From assembly GCA_040222475.1 (NCBI GenBank), contig JAVKDB010000023.1, forward strand, positions 41,170 through 105,169: a DNA stretch of 64,000 nt, in the 5' to 3' direction. This document shows, piece after piece, positions 26,031 through 36,307 of this stretch (its first letter is position 1; each line of letters opens with the position of its first letter). The notes under the pieces were generated by a model that was not told the DNA's origin, ran no database searches, and saw only the letters and a list, made by a program, of their open reading frames with translations. The position numbers and the translations under genes are program-made. The DNA comes from Cyclobacteriaceae bacterium (GTDB taxonomy: Bacteria > Bacteroidota > Bacteroidia > Cytophagales > Cyclobacteriaceae).

Positions 26031-26359
26031 TGATTTTAGTAACTGACAAAGCCAAACAAGAAATTAATTCTCTGCTATCTGCAGAAGGAAAATCGACAGA
26101 GCAAAATAATATCCGTGTTTCAGTCAAAGGAGGTGGGTGCTCTGGTTTGATGTATGACCTTTCATTTGATCCAAAGGTCGAAGAATCCGATGAGGTCTTT
26201 GAAGACAAAGGTGTAAAGATCCTGGTGGACAAAAAAAGCCTGTTGTACCTCCTCGGCACCACCCTTGATTTTTCCGATGGGCTGAATGGGAAAGGGTTCC
26301 AGTTTGTCAATCCGAACGCCTCCCGAACCTGCGGGTGTGGCGAGAGTTTTTCTGTTTGA
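26030..26359 (+). CDS. A-type iron-sulfur cluster carrier (HesB/IscA/ErpA family)
   Basis: 109 aa. GGGCSG and C-terminal CGCGESF cluster-ligand motifs. Confidence 0.9.
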   Translation: MILVTDKAKQEINSLLSAEGKSTEQNNIRVSVKGGGCSGLMYDLSFDPKVEESDEVFEDKGVKILVDKKSLLYLLGTTLDFSDGLNGKGFQFVNPNASRTCGCGESFSV

Positions 26360-26499
26360 ATTTTATTGATCGAGACCTTCCCAAAATAATAATTGATTAA
26401 AAGTTGTATATAAAATATTAGGTTCATCCATGTACTTTCAATCATCCAGTTGAACAGGCTGCTTAGAGATTAACCTTCAATTTTTGCTATTTTTCCGGA

Positions 26500-27015
26500 A
26501 TGAAAAAATGGTCTTCCGACAGATGGCTTAGCATAGTTGCCATCATTGCCAGTATGGGAACTTTATTCACCATTGTGTATCAGACCAACCTGATACGAAA
26601 GCAGCAATACGCTTCGGTTCTCCCCTATCTGGAAATGTGGAACAGTAATCAGGGACATTCTTACTCATATGTCCTTATGAACAATGGCATTGGTCCGGCA
26701 TTTATTAAGGAAGTGAAAGTCCATTACAACGACACCATATATTATGGCGACCCTGACCATTTTGCCTTCTATGTAATCAAACCTAAAGATTCTCTTAAAA
26801 ACTATTCTTATTCAAATATTCAAAGAGGCAGACTTATTCCTGCTGGTGAGCGGGTTAATCTGATTAGTGTTTCAAACGATACATTAAATGCAGGAATTCT
26901 TAGCTCATGGCTTTCTCACAACGATAGTGTTCAGGTAGAAATTATCTATGAATCCGTATACGGAGAACGATGGAGTGCCAAAGGGTTAGGAAAAGAGCCG
27001 GTGAAGCTCAACTAA
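26500..27015 (+). CDS. hypothetical membrane-anchored protein
   Basis: 171 aa. One N-terminal TM (WLSIVAIIASMGTLFTIVY), then a beta-rich soluble domain. No motif recognised. Confidence 0.55.
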   Translation: MKKWSSDRWLSIVAIIASMGTLFTIVYQTNLIRKQQYASVLPYLEMWNSNQGHSYSYVLMNNGIGPAFIKEVKVHYNDTIYYGDPDHFAFYVIKPKDSLKNYSYSNIQRGRLIPAGERVNLISVSNDTLNAGILSSWLSHNDSVQVEIIYESVYGERWSAKGLGKEPVKLN

Positions 27016-27016
27016 T

Positions 27017-28903
27017 CTAATAAGCCCTTACTTCAACGCCTTTCATGTAATTGATAAATGCCCGGTTAACCACTCTGTTTCCTCCTTGAGTTGGATAGTC
27101 TCCTGTAAAATACCAGTCTCCCAGATGGTTTGGACAGGCTTTATGCAGATTTTCAACGGTCTGATACACCACCTCTACCTCTGCTTTCATTCCTTTGGGC
27201 ATAACAATCTCTGAAATTTTCTTTGAAACCTGATCATAGGTAAACGGATCATACAGTTCCTTTACGTGGTTTTTTGGAGAAGCAGATGTTTGACTTGCCA
27301 GGCACTTGTCAAATACTTCATCAAGTAATTCCTCCTTATCATGCTCCTTAAGCAGCGCTAAAACTGCTCTGAATGCCAAAAATTCCTTCATCTTGCTCAT
27401 ATCAATTCCGTAACAGTCCGGGAATCGTATTTGAGGAGCTGAAGAGACAATTACAATTTTCTTCGGTTCTAAACGATCGAGAAGTGTGAGGATACTCTTC
27501 TCAAGTGTAGTACCTCTAACAATACTGTCATCAATGACAACAAGCGTGTCTGTCTCTTTTTTAATTACTTCGTAAGTGGTGTCGTATACGTGCGAAACCA
27601 ACTCGTCTCTATGATCGTCATCGGTGATAAACGTCCTGAGCTTTGCATCTTTAAGCACCAGTTTTTCTACTCTTGGCTGAAAGCTCAACATGTCTTCAAT
27701 GGAATCTGCAGTTGGTTTTCCATCAATAATTACTTCCTTCCTTTTTGCTGTCAAAAAGTTTTCAACTCCTCGCATCATTCCAAGAAAAGAAGTTTCTGCT
27801 GTATTAGGTATGTATGAGAAAACGGTGTTTTTAAGGTCTGAATTGATTGATCTCAGTACTTCAGGAACCAACAATTCCCCAAGCTTTCTTCTCTCATTGT
27901 AAATATCAGGATCTGTCCCCCTTGAAAAATAGATTCGTTCAAAACTGCATGACTTCCTTTCAAGTGGCTTAATGAATTGCTTCTCTTCAAAATTTCCATG
28001 CTTATCGATAATGAGTGCATGACCTGGCTGGATTTCTCTAATTTCATCGTACTCGCAACCAAAAGCTGTTTTGATGGCAGGCTTTTCTGAAGTAACAACG
28101 ATAATTTCGTCATCGTGATAGTAGTATGCCGGACGAATACCGGCAGGGTCTCTGGCTACAAAAGAAGCACCAAACCCGATAATACCAGCCATTGTATATC
28201 CTCCATCAAAATCTCTGCAGGATCTTTCTAATACTCGTTGAAGGTCTATTTCATCTTCTATTTTTTCTGTGATCTGCTCATTGGATAGAGAATCGCCGTA
28301 TTTATCAAATATTCGTTGATTTTCCTCATCAAGAAAATGTCCAATCTTCTCCATCACAGTGACTGTATCCATTTTAGCTTTGGGAAACTGTCCCAACTCC
28401 ACCAGTTTATCAAAAAGCTCTTCAACGTTTGTCATGTTGAAATTTCCGGCCATTACAAGGTTCCTGCTTCTCCAGTTATTCTGTCTCAGAAAAGGATGGC
28501 AGTTTTCAACACTGTTTTTTCCATGCGTGCCATACCGAAGGTGACCAAGCCATGATTCTCCTGTAAAGGCATAATTCACTTTTAGCCATTCCGCATCTTT
28601 AAAGCTTCCACTCTTGTCCTTCTTCGCCTTCTCATACTTCTTACTGATTTTCCTGAAAATCTCCTCTATGGGCTGATTATTGATTGTACGGTATCGGCTT
28701 ATATATCTGTTTCCTGGCGGGAGGTCAATTTTTATACTTGCAATACCTACTCCATCCTGTCCTCTGTTATGCTGTTTTTGCATAAGCAGGTACATTTTTT
28801 TGGCTGCATAAGCAGGCGAGCCGTATTTATCAATATAATATTGGAGGGGTTTCCTTAATCGGAGATGCGCAATTCCACATTCGTGTTTGATCGCGTCACT
28901 CAT
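27017..28903 (-). CDS. purF: amidophosphoribosyltransferase (long Bacteroidota-type PurF)
   Basis: 628 aa. N-terminal nucleophile context HECGIAHL, class-II glutamine amidotransferase followed by PRT motif VVIDDSIVRGTT. ATGA overlap with the nuoN stop. Confidence 0.88.
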   Translation of the reverse strand: MSDAIKHECGIAHLRLRKPLQYYIDKYGSPAYAAKKMYLLMQKQHNRGQDGVGIASIKIDLPPGNRYISRYRTINNQPIEEIFRKISKKYEKAKKDKSGSFKDAEWLKVNYAFTGESWLGHLRYGTHGKNSVENCHPFLRQNNWRSRNLVMAGNFNMTNVEELFDKLVELGQFPKAKMDTVTVMEKIGHFLDEENQRIFDKYGDSLSNEQITEKIEDEIDLQRVLERSCRDFDGGYTMAGIIGFGASFVARDPAGIRPAYYYHDDEIIVVTSEKPAIKTAFGCEYDEIREIQPGHALIIDKHGNFEEKQFIKPLERKSCSFERIYFSRGTDPDIYNERRKLGELLVPEVLRSINSDLKNTVFSYIPNTAETSFLGMMRGVENFLTAKRKEVIIDGKPTADSIEDMLSFQPRVEKLVLKDAKLRTFITDDDHRDELVSHVYDTTYEVIKKETDTLVVIDDSIVRGTTLEKSILTLLDRLEPKKIVIVSSAPQIRFPDCYGIDMSKMKEFLAFRAVLALLKEHDKEELLDEVFDKCLASQTSASPKNHVKELYDPFTYDQVSKKISEIVMPKGMKAEVEVVYQTVENLHKACPNHLGDWYFTGDYPTQGGNRVVNRAFINYMKGVEVRAY

Positions 28904-30321
28904 GGGGTGCTTTTAAGTAATTGTTGCATTACCGTTAGTATCTGAGGTACAAAGAACAACAATAACAAGACAATAGAAAAAAGAGTTGCGATAAATTTCG
29001 TCCAGAAAGAAAATTCAATCGACCGGGATGTCTGCTCTTTTACCAAAAACAGGTAATAAGGAATTCTCAGATAAAAAAACAGTGAAATCACAGTCGCAAA
29101 AACTGCGACAACCAGACAGGCTATAAAGATCAGCTGACCGTCTGACTGATATTGTTCCCAGAGAGTTGTAAAGAGGAAAAACTTAGCTGTGAATCCTGCA
29201 ACAGGAGGCAGCCCTATCAGGGAAATCAGGAGTACAGTCACTGAAACAAACATGATTGGATTGTTGTCACCCAAACCACTAAAGTCTTCCAGTCTATCCA
29301 ATCCCCTCGACTCAAATTCTTCAAGGAAATAGAAAACAGCTACATTCATTATGGCATACGCCACCGCATACCACCAAAAAGCCTGAATTGATGTTTCCGA
29401 CAGTATCAGGGCAAAGGGAAACAAAAAACCAGAATGAGCAATTGCGCCAAAACTGATCATTCTTCTTGCACCTGATTGCCTCAACGCAGACAGGACTCCT
29501 GAGAGAATCGTGAGCATCCCAAGGATTAAACAGAGATTCAATATCCATTCGCTTTGAACAATACTGTATATTCTTTGAATTAAAACCAGTGCCCCAAGCT
29601 TTGGAACAATCGACAATATGGCGGTAGCATCATTAGGAGCCTCTTGATAGGTAGCCGGAACCCAAACATGCAAAGGAACAATTGAAGCTTTGAAGAATAA
29701 TCCAAACAGCATCATGAGGATTCCTGCATTTCCGACTAATTCCAAATCAAAAGATCCCAGCTCCGAGAGATAGAAACTTCCACTGATTCCATAAATCAAA
29801 CCAAAACCAAAAAGCATAATTGCTGAGCTTAAGGCACCAAAAAGCAGGTACTTAATTCCAGCTTCATGTGCTTTCTTTTTGAATGAAAAATTGGTCAGGA
29901 TGTATGCCCCAAAAGAGGTCAGCTCTACAGCAAGGTAGGTCACCAGAAAGCTATTCGCTTTCATTATGAAGAGACTGCCAACAATCAGGCTGAGTATAAG
30001 AAAATAGAATTCTGTAGCATGTTCATCCGCTCTTTTGTACAGGAGGATGATCAGAGAGGAAAGCAGAAAGATTGCCGTGAAGTGCTGAGAAGTACTTGTA
30101 AGAAACAGACTTTCGGATAAAGTGGAACCAACAGCTAAACCCTGCCAGTTGAAATAAAAGGCCAGCAGAATAACACCGGCATACACTGATTTAATCAGGA
30201 TTCCTGATTTTGTTATCATGCCTCCAACCAGCAACAGGATCGCACCCAGCATCAGTGTTGATTCAACCTTCAAAAATTGAAGATTGTTGATAATTTCAGT
30301 CAACTGATCCTCGAGGTTCAT
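28900..30321 (-). CDS. nuoN: NADH-quinone oxidoreductase subunit N
   Basis: 473 aa polytopic antiporter-like subunit, last gene of the nuo array. Confidence 0.88.
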   Translation of the reverse strand: MNLEDQLTEIINNLQFLKVESTLMLGAILLLVGGMITKSGILIKSVYAGVILLAFYFNWQGLAVGSTLSESLFLTSTSQHFTAIFLLSSLIILLYKRADEHATEFYFLILSLIVGSLFIMKANSFLVTYLAVELTSFGAYILTNFSFKKKAHEAGIKYLLFGALSSAIMLFGFGLIYGISGSFYLSELGSFDLELVGNAGILMMLFGLFFKASIVPLHVWVPATYQEAPNDATAILSIVPKLGALVLIQRIYSIVQSEWILNLCLILGMLTILSGVLSALRQSGARRMISFGAIAHSGFLFPFALILSETSIQAFWWYAVAYAIMNVAVFYFLEEFESRGLDRLEDFSGLGDNNPIMFVSVTVLLISLIGLPPVAGFTAKFFLFTTLWEQYQSDGQLIFIACLVVAVFATVISLFFYLRIPYYLFLVKEQTSRSIEFSFWTKFIATLFSIVLLLLFFVPQILTVMQQLLKSTP

Positions 30322-31901
30322 GGAATGGAGTTAGCGATATGCTGAGTGAAAAAATTGATGGTTGACTCTGAAACATCCAGAATGAGTCTTGGGTATATGC
30401 CAAGAATTAATACAAGTAAACCCAGCGGAACAAGCATCAGTTTTTCTCTCAGATCTAAATCTATCATCCTACTCTCCCATTCTTTCTCCCTAACAAAATA
30501 TTTTCCAAAAAACATTCGCTGGATTGTCCAGAGAAAGTATGCAGCAGAGACTGCAATGCCACTTGTTGCCAGGAGCCCGATCCAAATTGGAAGCGATGTG
30601 GTCTTAAACACGCCCAGTAATACCATCAGTTCACCAACAAATCCGGAAAGTCCGGGCAGGCCCAATCCTGCAAAAAAGAAAAGAGCCGTGAAAAAAGTGT
30701 AAACAGGCATTTTACCTGCAAGCCCGCTAAAATTTTCCATCTGCCGATTGGAGGTCCGATCATAAATTACTCCTGCAATGATGAATAAGGCGGGGGAGAT
30801 CAGCCCATGCGATACCATATGAAATAATGATCCGGCGGCTCCCTCTGATGTCATTGAAGCCAGCCCCACAAGTACGAAACCCATATGGGATACAGAGGAG
30901 TAGGCGACCATTCGCTTAAGATCATTTTGAGCCAGTGCATTTAACCCCCCATAAAGAATTGAAAGTACTCCGATAATTGCGATAGTCCCGGCATATTCGA
31001 CAGCCATGTCGGGAAATACTCCATAAAGAATTCTAAAGAATCCAAACGCTCCAACTTTTAACAAGAGGCCGGCCAAAACAACTGAGATCGCTGTAGGTGC
31101 CTCAACATGTGCATCAGGCAGCCAGGTGTGAACAGGTACCATTGGCAGTTTTATGCCAAAACCAATCAGCAGAAAGATAAAGGCAACAGCCCTTGCTGAG
31201 TATCCAAAAATTGTTTTTCCTGAAGCAGGATCCAGAAAGGAATCAGAGGAATATGAACCATTCATCATTCCAATCAGACTAAATGTATTCGCGCCATCCT
31301 CCACCACGCTCAAATACAAACCGATCATTACAACCAGAATGAATAACGAACCGACCAGCGTATACAAGAAGAACTTTATTGATGCATAGGATCGACGTTT
31401 ACCTCCCCATATTCCGATAAGGAAAAACATAGGGAGAAGCATGAATTCAAAACACAGGTAAAACAAGAAGAAATCCAGTGCAATGAAACACCCTATGATG
31501 CTTGAACTCAAAATGAGGTATAGAATAAAATAGCCTTTTGTTTTCTCCGTGAGGTTCCAGGAAGCGATCACTCCTATTAAAAGTACAAGAGATGATAGTG
31601 CAATCAATGGCATGCTTATTCCGTCGACTCCTATGAAGTAGTCAATATTTAACACTCCAACCGAACCAAGTTTCATATTGATCCAGTCTATTTTTTCAAC
31701 AAACTGGAAGGCATCTGCCCAGTTGCTTATAACTGTCGATTTGTCAAACTGAAAAAACAAGAAAAGAGAAAGAACCAATTGAACACTTGTTGCAGCTAAA
31801 GCCAGTCTTTTAAAAATTCCTGTGGAATCAGAACGGATGAAAAGCATTACTGCCGCTATCAGGAGTGGGAAAAGAAAGATGTATGAAAGTATATTTTCCA
31901 T
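30318..31901 (-). CDS. nuoM: NADH-quinone oxidoreductase subunit M
   Basis: 527 aa. PMVPVHTWLPDAHVEAPT motif. Confidence 0.92.
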   Translation of the reverse strand: MENILSYIFLFPLLIAAVMLFIRSDSTGIFKRLALAATSVQLVLSLFLFFQFDKSTVISNWADAFQFVEKIDWINMKLGSVGVLNIDYFIGVDGISMPLIALSSLVLLIGVIASWNLTEKTKGYFILYLILSSSIIGCFIALDFFLFYLCFEFMLLPMFFLIGIWGGKRRSYASIKFFLYTLVGSLFILVVMIGLYLSVVEDGANTFSLIGMMNGSYSSDSFLDPASGKTIFGYSARAVAFIFLLIGFGIKLPMVPVHTWLPDAHVEAPTAISVVLAGLLLKVGAFGFFRILYGVFPDMAVEYAGTIAIIGVLSILYGGLNALAQNDLKRMVAYSSVSHMGFVLVGLASMTSEGAAGSLFHMVSHGLISPALFIIAGVIYDRTSNRQMENFSGLAGKMPVYTFFTALFFFAGLGLPGLSGFVGELMVLLGVFKTTSLPIWIGLLATSGIAVSAAYFLWTIQRMFFGKYFVREKEWESRMIDLDLREKLMLVPLGLLVLILGIYPRLILDVSESTINFFTQHIANSIP

Positions 31902-31908
31902 CCGCAGG

Positions 31909-33843
31909 CTAAAAAAACAGTATCCAGGTTAAAATCAAAACAAAACCGATAAACAGCCAGATCAATTGCCATTGTGCTTCTCTTGAATGAACTCCGGAAA
32001 ATCGTCTTCCAAAGAATGATGCAATCCGGGCTGACAGATTGACCAGTCCATCCACAATCAATTTATCAATAAGGTCAACGACCTTTGCTAAAACCACAGT
32101 TCCAACTGCAAAAAAATGAATGAAGCCGTCGATTATTTTTTTATCCGCCCAGGCCAACTTCTTAGAGAATATATAGGTTGCCAATCCCAGGCCCTGATAA
32201 GACTGTGTCAGGTAAAACCCATTGAAAACATTTCTGCCCAGAATCGAAACTGAGCGTGTATCGGTCGTATATGTTCTCAATGTCCTGGCACCAGGTTTAA
32301 AAAGGAAGTAAGCTAAAACTATACCTCCAGCCGCAAGAAAAATTGCCACCAGTGTAATGAAAGCACTGAAAAAATTTCCTTCAGGCACACTTCCCAGATC
32401 AAAATAGGTGTTCACCCACGAAACATGCGCCATAGGATTCCAATTATAGAAAACCCATAATGAGCCTGCTGCAAGCAAGAAAAGAGGTATTCGAATAGCA
32501 GCCGCCTCTGAATAGACAATCTGCGATTGCTTGATTGTACGCCTTGGTTCTCCCAAAAAAATCAGGAAAAACATTCTTCCGATATAGAATGATGTCAATA
32601 ATGCCGTTAACAGAGCAATATCCGGAATCAGGTATGCGAGTGTTCCTTTTTGACCAGCCCACACCAGTGAAGATAAAATGATTCCTTCCTTGGAAATAAA
32701 GCCTGAAAAGAACGGGATGCCTGCCAAAGCAAGTCCACAAATACTAAATGACCAGAAAGTAACAGGCAGCTTGTCCTTTAGTCCTCCCATTCTTCTCATA
32801 TCCTGCGAATCAATGGCCTGTCCCCCATTCTCTGAAAGCTGATGAAAGTAATGAATAATTGAGCCTGCCGCCAGAAAAAGACCTGCCTTAAAAAAAGCAT
32901 GCGTCCATAAATGAAACATGGAAGCTCCGGCAGACCCGACACCTATTCCCAATACCATATAGCCCAATTGAGAAATGGTTGAATAAGCTAGTGCTTTCTT
33001 GAGGTCATTTTGAGTCATAGCCGAAATCCCGCCATACAAAGCAGTGACAGCTCCAATAATCGCAATCATAGTCATCACACTTTCATGCAGAAAAGGGCTT
33101 ACTCTGTACAAAAGATATACTCCCGCTGCAACCATTGTAGCTGCATGAATCAGTGCCGACACAGGAGTCGGACCTGCCATGGCTTTTGTCAGCCACCCTG
33201 AAAACGGAAATTGGGCAGACTTCCCAAACGCGCCAATTGCAATCAATAAGGATGGAAGTAAGAACCATTGTCCGGACAACTCCGATAAGAAAATAGAATC
33301 AACCTGTGCACTCAGCAATAAGATACCGGCAAACAGTGCTATATCTGCCACCCGGTTAACCATGAAAGCCATTCTCGCCGCTGACGGTACTCCTTCTTTT
33401 CTATACCAAAACCCGATAAGTAAATAGGAAGCCAGTCCAACCAATTCCCAGAATACGAAAAGAAGGAGCATGTGATCTGACAGAATCAGGCCAAACATGG
33501 AAAAAGTGAAAAAACCCAGTTTGAGAAAATACCTGTTCACTCCCGGATCTTCTTTCATATACACCATTGAAAAAACATGAACAAGCAATGAAATGAAGCT
33601 TACCAGTAATAATAAAATGGTGGCCGTCTTGTCAAGTTGAATACCTATCAGGAATGAGTTTAACCATTCCCACCTGATGAATTCAGGTGAATCTGTTACA
33701 AACAACAGAATCAATGAAATGGCAAAAGATAGACCAATAAAAACAGAAGGGATGAGTCCGGATCCTTTCCTGACAAAAGCTTCGATCAGACCACCGATAA
33801 GTGGTGAAAACAGAACAAGCAATATCAGCAGCTCTATACTCAT
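31909..33843 (-). CDS. nuoL: NADH-quinone oxidoreductase subunit L
   Basis: 644 aa. GKSAQFPFSGWL...AMAGPTPVSALIHAATMV motif and long C-terminal extension. Confidence 0.92.
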   Translation of the reverse strand: MSIELLILLVLFSPLIGGLIEAFVRKGSGLIPSVFIGLSFAISLILLFVTDSPEFIRWEWLNSFLIGIQLDKTATILLLLVSFISLLVHVFSMVYMKEDPGVNRYFLKLGFFTFSMFGLILSDHMLLLFVFWELVGLASYLLIGFWYRKEGVPSAARMAFMVNRVADIALFAGILLLSAQVDSIFLSELSGQWFLLPSLLIAIGAFGKSAQFPFSGWLTKAMAGPTPVSALIHAATMVAAGVYLLYRVSPFLHESVMTMIAIIGAVTALYGGISAMTQNDLKKALAYSTISQLGYMVLGIGVGSAGASMFHLWTHAFFKAGLFLAAGSIIHYFHQLSENGGQAIDSQDMRRMGGLKDKLPVTFWSFSICGLALAGIPFFSGFISKEGIILSSLVWAGQKGTLAYLIPDIALLTALLTSFYIGRMFFLIFLGEPRRTIKQSQIVYSEAAAIRIPLFLLAAGSLWVFYNWNPMAHVSWVNTYFDLGSVPEGNFFSAFITLVAIFLAAGGIVLAYFLFKPGARTLRTYTTDTRSVSILGRNVFNGFYLTQSYQGLGLATYIFSKKLAWADKKIIDGFIHFFAVGTVVLAKVVDLIDKLIVDGLVNLSARIASFFGRRFSGVHSREAQWQLIWLFIGFVLILTWILFF

Positions 33844-34145
33844 CCGTTTCCAATTTCCTGCAGGTCGTCAAGGTCAGACGTTGCATATTTTTTATAAACA
33901 TTTAACAAAATCGCGAGAGCAATTGCCACTTCACAAACAGTCAGAACAACCGAAAAAATGGCAAAAATTTGTCCATTCAAATCAATCTGTGAAAATGATG
34001 CGAGTACCAGGTTGGCTCCATTTAACATCAATTCTATCCCAATTAACACAAATACTGCATTCCTCTTCGACAGCACAACAAAAAGCCCAGAGCTGAAAAG
34101 CAGTGCCGCAAGACAGAGGTACATATGTAGACCAATCTCACTCAT
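33840..34145 (-). CDS. nuoK: NADH-quinone oxidoreductase subunit K
   Basis: Starts at MSEIGLHMYL (ATG 34145, 101 aa). GIELMLNGANL motif. The track start 34178 would run 41 nt into nuoJ. Confidence 0.88.
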   Translation of the reverse strand: MSEIGLHMYLCLAALLFSSGLFVVLSKRNAVFVLIGIELMLNGANLVLASFSQIDLNGQIFAIFSVVLTVCEVAIALAILLNVYKKYATSDLDDLQEIGNG

Positions 34146-34632
34146 CTGATGACATTTTAGCAAGGTAAGAGGCACCAACCAGAGCTACCAGCAAAATGAA
34201 AGCAATCAGTTCAAACGCCACGAGATGATCTGTGAGAAATGACACACCAAGCTGTCCTATTTGATTTCCTGCTTCAGAATTGCCCAAACTCATTAAAGGA
34301 ATCTTATCTATCAGATATAACAGGGAAGCAAAAACAGAAACAGAAATCAGTGCCGCAACAAATGTATTTCCCGAATGAGTTAACAATTTCCCATTCCTTA
34401 GTCTGTTGGTAAGCATTACTCCAAATACCAGCAGGATTACCACACCTCCCGCATAGAGGAGAATTTGAACAACAGCCAGCAATTCAGAATTTAACATAAC
34501 ATAAATACCAGCCAGACTAACCAGTACCAGAGCCAGCGCATAGGCGGCATGAACCACATTTTTTGACAGAACAATGATTCCCACACCCAAAAGTGTCATA
34601 ATAAATAAGGCGATTTGTACAATCAGTATCAC
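34138..34632 (-). CDS. nuoJ: NADH-quinone oxidoreductase subunit J
   Basis: 164 aa, 5 TM, correct position and size. Confidence 0.85.
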   Translation of the reverse strand: MILIVQIALFIMTLLGVGIIVLSKNVVHAAYALALVLVSLAGIYVMLNSELLAVVQILLYAGGVVILLVFGVMLTNRLRNGKLLTHSGNTFVAALISVSVFASLLYLIDKIPLMSLGNSEAGNQIGQLGVSFLTDHLVAFELIAFILLVALVGASYLAKMSSDE

Positions 34633-35291
34633 TTCTTCTTAGGTATGGGTCTTGGTTTGAACACTGGTTTTGCTCCCGGCTTTTTAATCACGGGCATTTT
34701 TGCAACTGACTTTACAGCATCTGATTTAGGTGGAGCTGAAACCACTTTTTGAGACTGATACTCCTCAAATTCTTTTTTCTTTTCATCTATCTCCTTTTCT
34801 GTCATTTTGCTGAAAGAAAAATTATGATCAAGAATATCATGCGTACTGTAGTCGTATTCATTTGTCATGGTCAGACACTCGGTCGGACACACCACTGTAC
34901 AAAGTCCGCAAAAGCAGCATTTTGACATGTCGATATCAAACTTAGCTGCATGAATTCTTAAAGATGTCCCGTCAGATGTTTTTCCAAAGACTTCTTTTGC
35001 TCGAACAGGTTCTATTTCGATACAATCAACCGGACAGATCTTTGCACATTTATCACAGACGATGCAGTCATCAATTTCATTGTGCAGTTTGTAGCGACCA
35101 TGATCAGGAACCGGAATTTCCTCTTTAGGATACTGAACGGTAAACGTGCCTTCCGCTTTCTCAAAGTAATTGTTTTCACCTACCCATTCCTTTTTGCGTT
35201 TCTTTCTGGCGCTAAAAAAGTACCTGATCGTCAAAGCAAGACCCTTCCGTGTCGTTCTTACAGCATGCGATATGTTTCCAAAGTAGCTCAA
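34629..35291 (-). CDS. nuoI: NADH-quinone oxidoreductase subunit I (2x[4Fe-4S]) with Lys/Pro-rich C-terminal tail
   Basis: 220 aa. CIVCDKCAKICP and CCFCGLCTVVCP ferredoxin motifs. The last ~45 aa are a low-complexity basic tail. Confidence 0.9.
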   Translation of the reverse strand: MSYFGNISHAVRTTRKGLALTIRYFFSARKKRKKEWVGENNYFEKAEGTFTVQYPKEEIPVPDHGRYKLHNEIDDCIVCDKCAKICPVDCIEIEPVRAKEVFGKTSDGTSLRIHAAKFDIDMSKCCFCGLCTVVCPTECLTMTNEYDYSTHDILDHNFSFSKMTEKEIDEKKKEFEEYQSQKVVSAPPKSDAVKSVAKMPVIKKPGAKPVFKPRPIPKKK

Positions 35292-36289
35292 CTAATCAAC
35301 CAGAATTTCCACATTCCACAAATAAACAACATCAATAATGACAAAGGGGTCAGGTACTTCCATGAAAGACTCATCAATTGGTCCACTCTTAATCTTGGCA
35401 GTGTCCATCTGACCCACATTTGAATAAAAATTAATAAAAGTGCTTTGGAAAGGAGCCAAAAACTTCCCCAAACCGGACCTGAGGTCATTTCAAATAATTC
35501 TACTCCTACAATATTGGGGAGCGGAGAATTCCAGCCTCCAAAAAACAGTATTGTTCCAAGCATCGAAAGGAGCAGCATCATTCCGTATTCCGAAAGCATA
35601 AAGATCCCCCATCTGAACCCTGAATATTCGGTGTGATATCCTCCTATCAATTCAGATTCAGATTCAGGCAAATCAAATGGTGTACGGTTTGATTCGGCCA
35701 GGCCTGCAACAAAAAAGATCAGAAACGGAATAATCAGAACCGGGTGCTGGACAATGTTCCACCGGATGATGCCATTCCCGGTTTGCAGCAGACTTGTTTC
35801 CTGAAGATCAAGTGTTCCGGTGATTATAACCACGCACAGTATGGCAAGCCCAAGTGGTATTTCATAGGAGATAATTTGTGCGACTGATCGCATTGCTCCG
35901 AAGAGGCTGTATTTGTTGTTAGAAGCCCAGCCGGCAATGAGAATACCTATTACGTCCAGCGATATGATGGCAATCAAGAGAAACAGGCCACCTGACGCAT
36001 CAGAGCCTGAAAGCTCCTGATTAAGCGGAAGAACCGAAAACCCTGCAAAAACTGCTGTAAATACAATGAAAGGAGCAATTAGGAATGGGCCCAGATCAAC
36101 AGCACCGGCTCTTATGTCCTCTTTTTGCAACATTTTCAAGAGATCCGCGATGGTTTGTAGTATTCCTTTTGGACCAACTTCCATAGGACCGAGACGGTTC
36201 TGAATGAACGCAGCAGTTTTCCGTTCTGCATAGACTGCAAAAACCACAAATATTAACAGGAAGAAAAGGTAGAAAACGAATGTTAGCAC
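35288..36289 (-). CDS. nuoH: NADH-quinone oxidoreductase subunit H
   Basis: 333 aa. AERKTAAFIQNRLGP and ESNRTPFDLPESESEL motifs. Confidence 0.92.
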   Translation of the reverse strand: MLTFVFYLFFLLIFVVFAVYAERKTAAFIQNRLGPMEVGPKGILQTIADLLKMLQKEDIRAGAVDLGPFLIAPFIVFTAVFAGFSVLPLNQELSGSDASGGLFLLIAIISLDVIGILIAGWASNNKYSLFGAMRSVAQIISYEIPLGLAILCVVIITGTLDLQETSLLQTGNGIIRWNIVQHPVLIIPFLIFFVAGLAESNRTPFDLPESESELIGGYHTEYSGFRWGIFMLSEYGMMLLLSMLGTILFFGGWNSPLPNIVGVELFEMTSGPVWGSFWLLSKALLLIFIQMWVRWTLPRLRVDQLMSLSWKYLTPLSLLMLFICGMWKFWLIS

Positions 36290-36307
36290 ACTCGAAGTTA
36301 CGCCTCT

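Noticed and set aside
26002-26445. 147-aa minus-strand ORF antisense to the Fe-S carrier gene.
   Set aside because: It fully overlaps a gene with a clear HesB/IscA signature, and its own sequence is low-complexity with no motifs, so it is a shadow ORF.
33677-34149. Plus-strand ORFs (139 and 63 aa) and a 72-aa minus-strand ORF across the nuoL/nuoK junction.
   Set aside because: They are shadow or out-of-frame ORFs within confidently assigned nuo genes.
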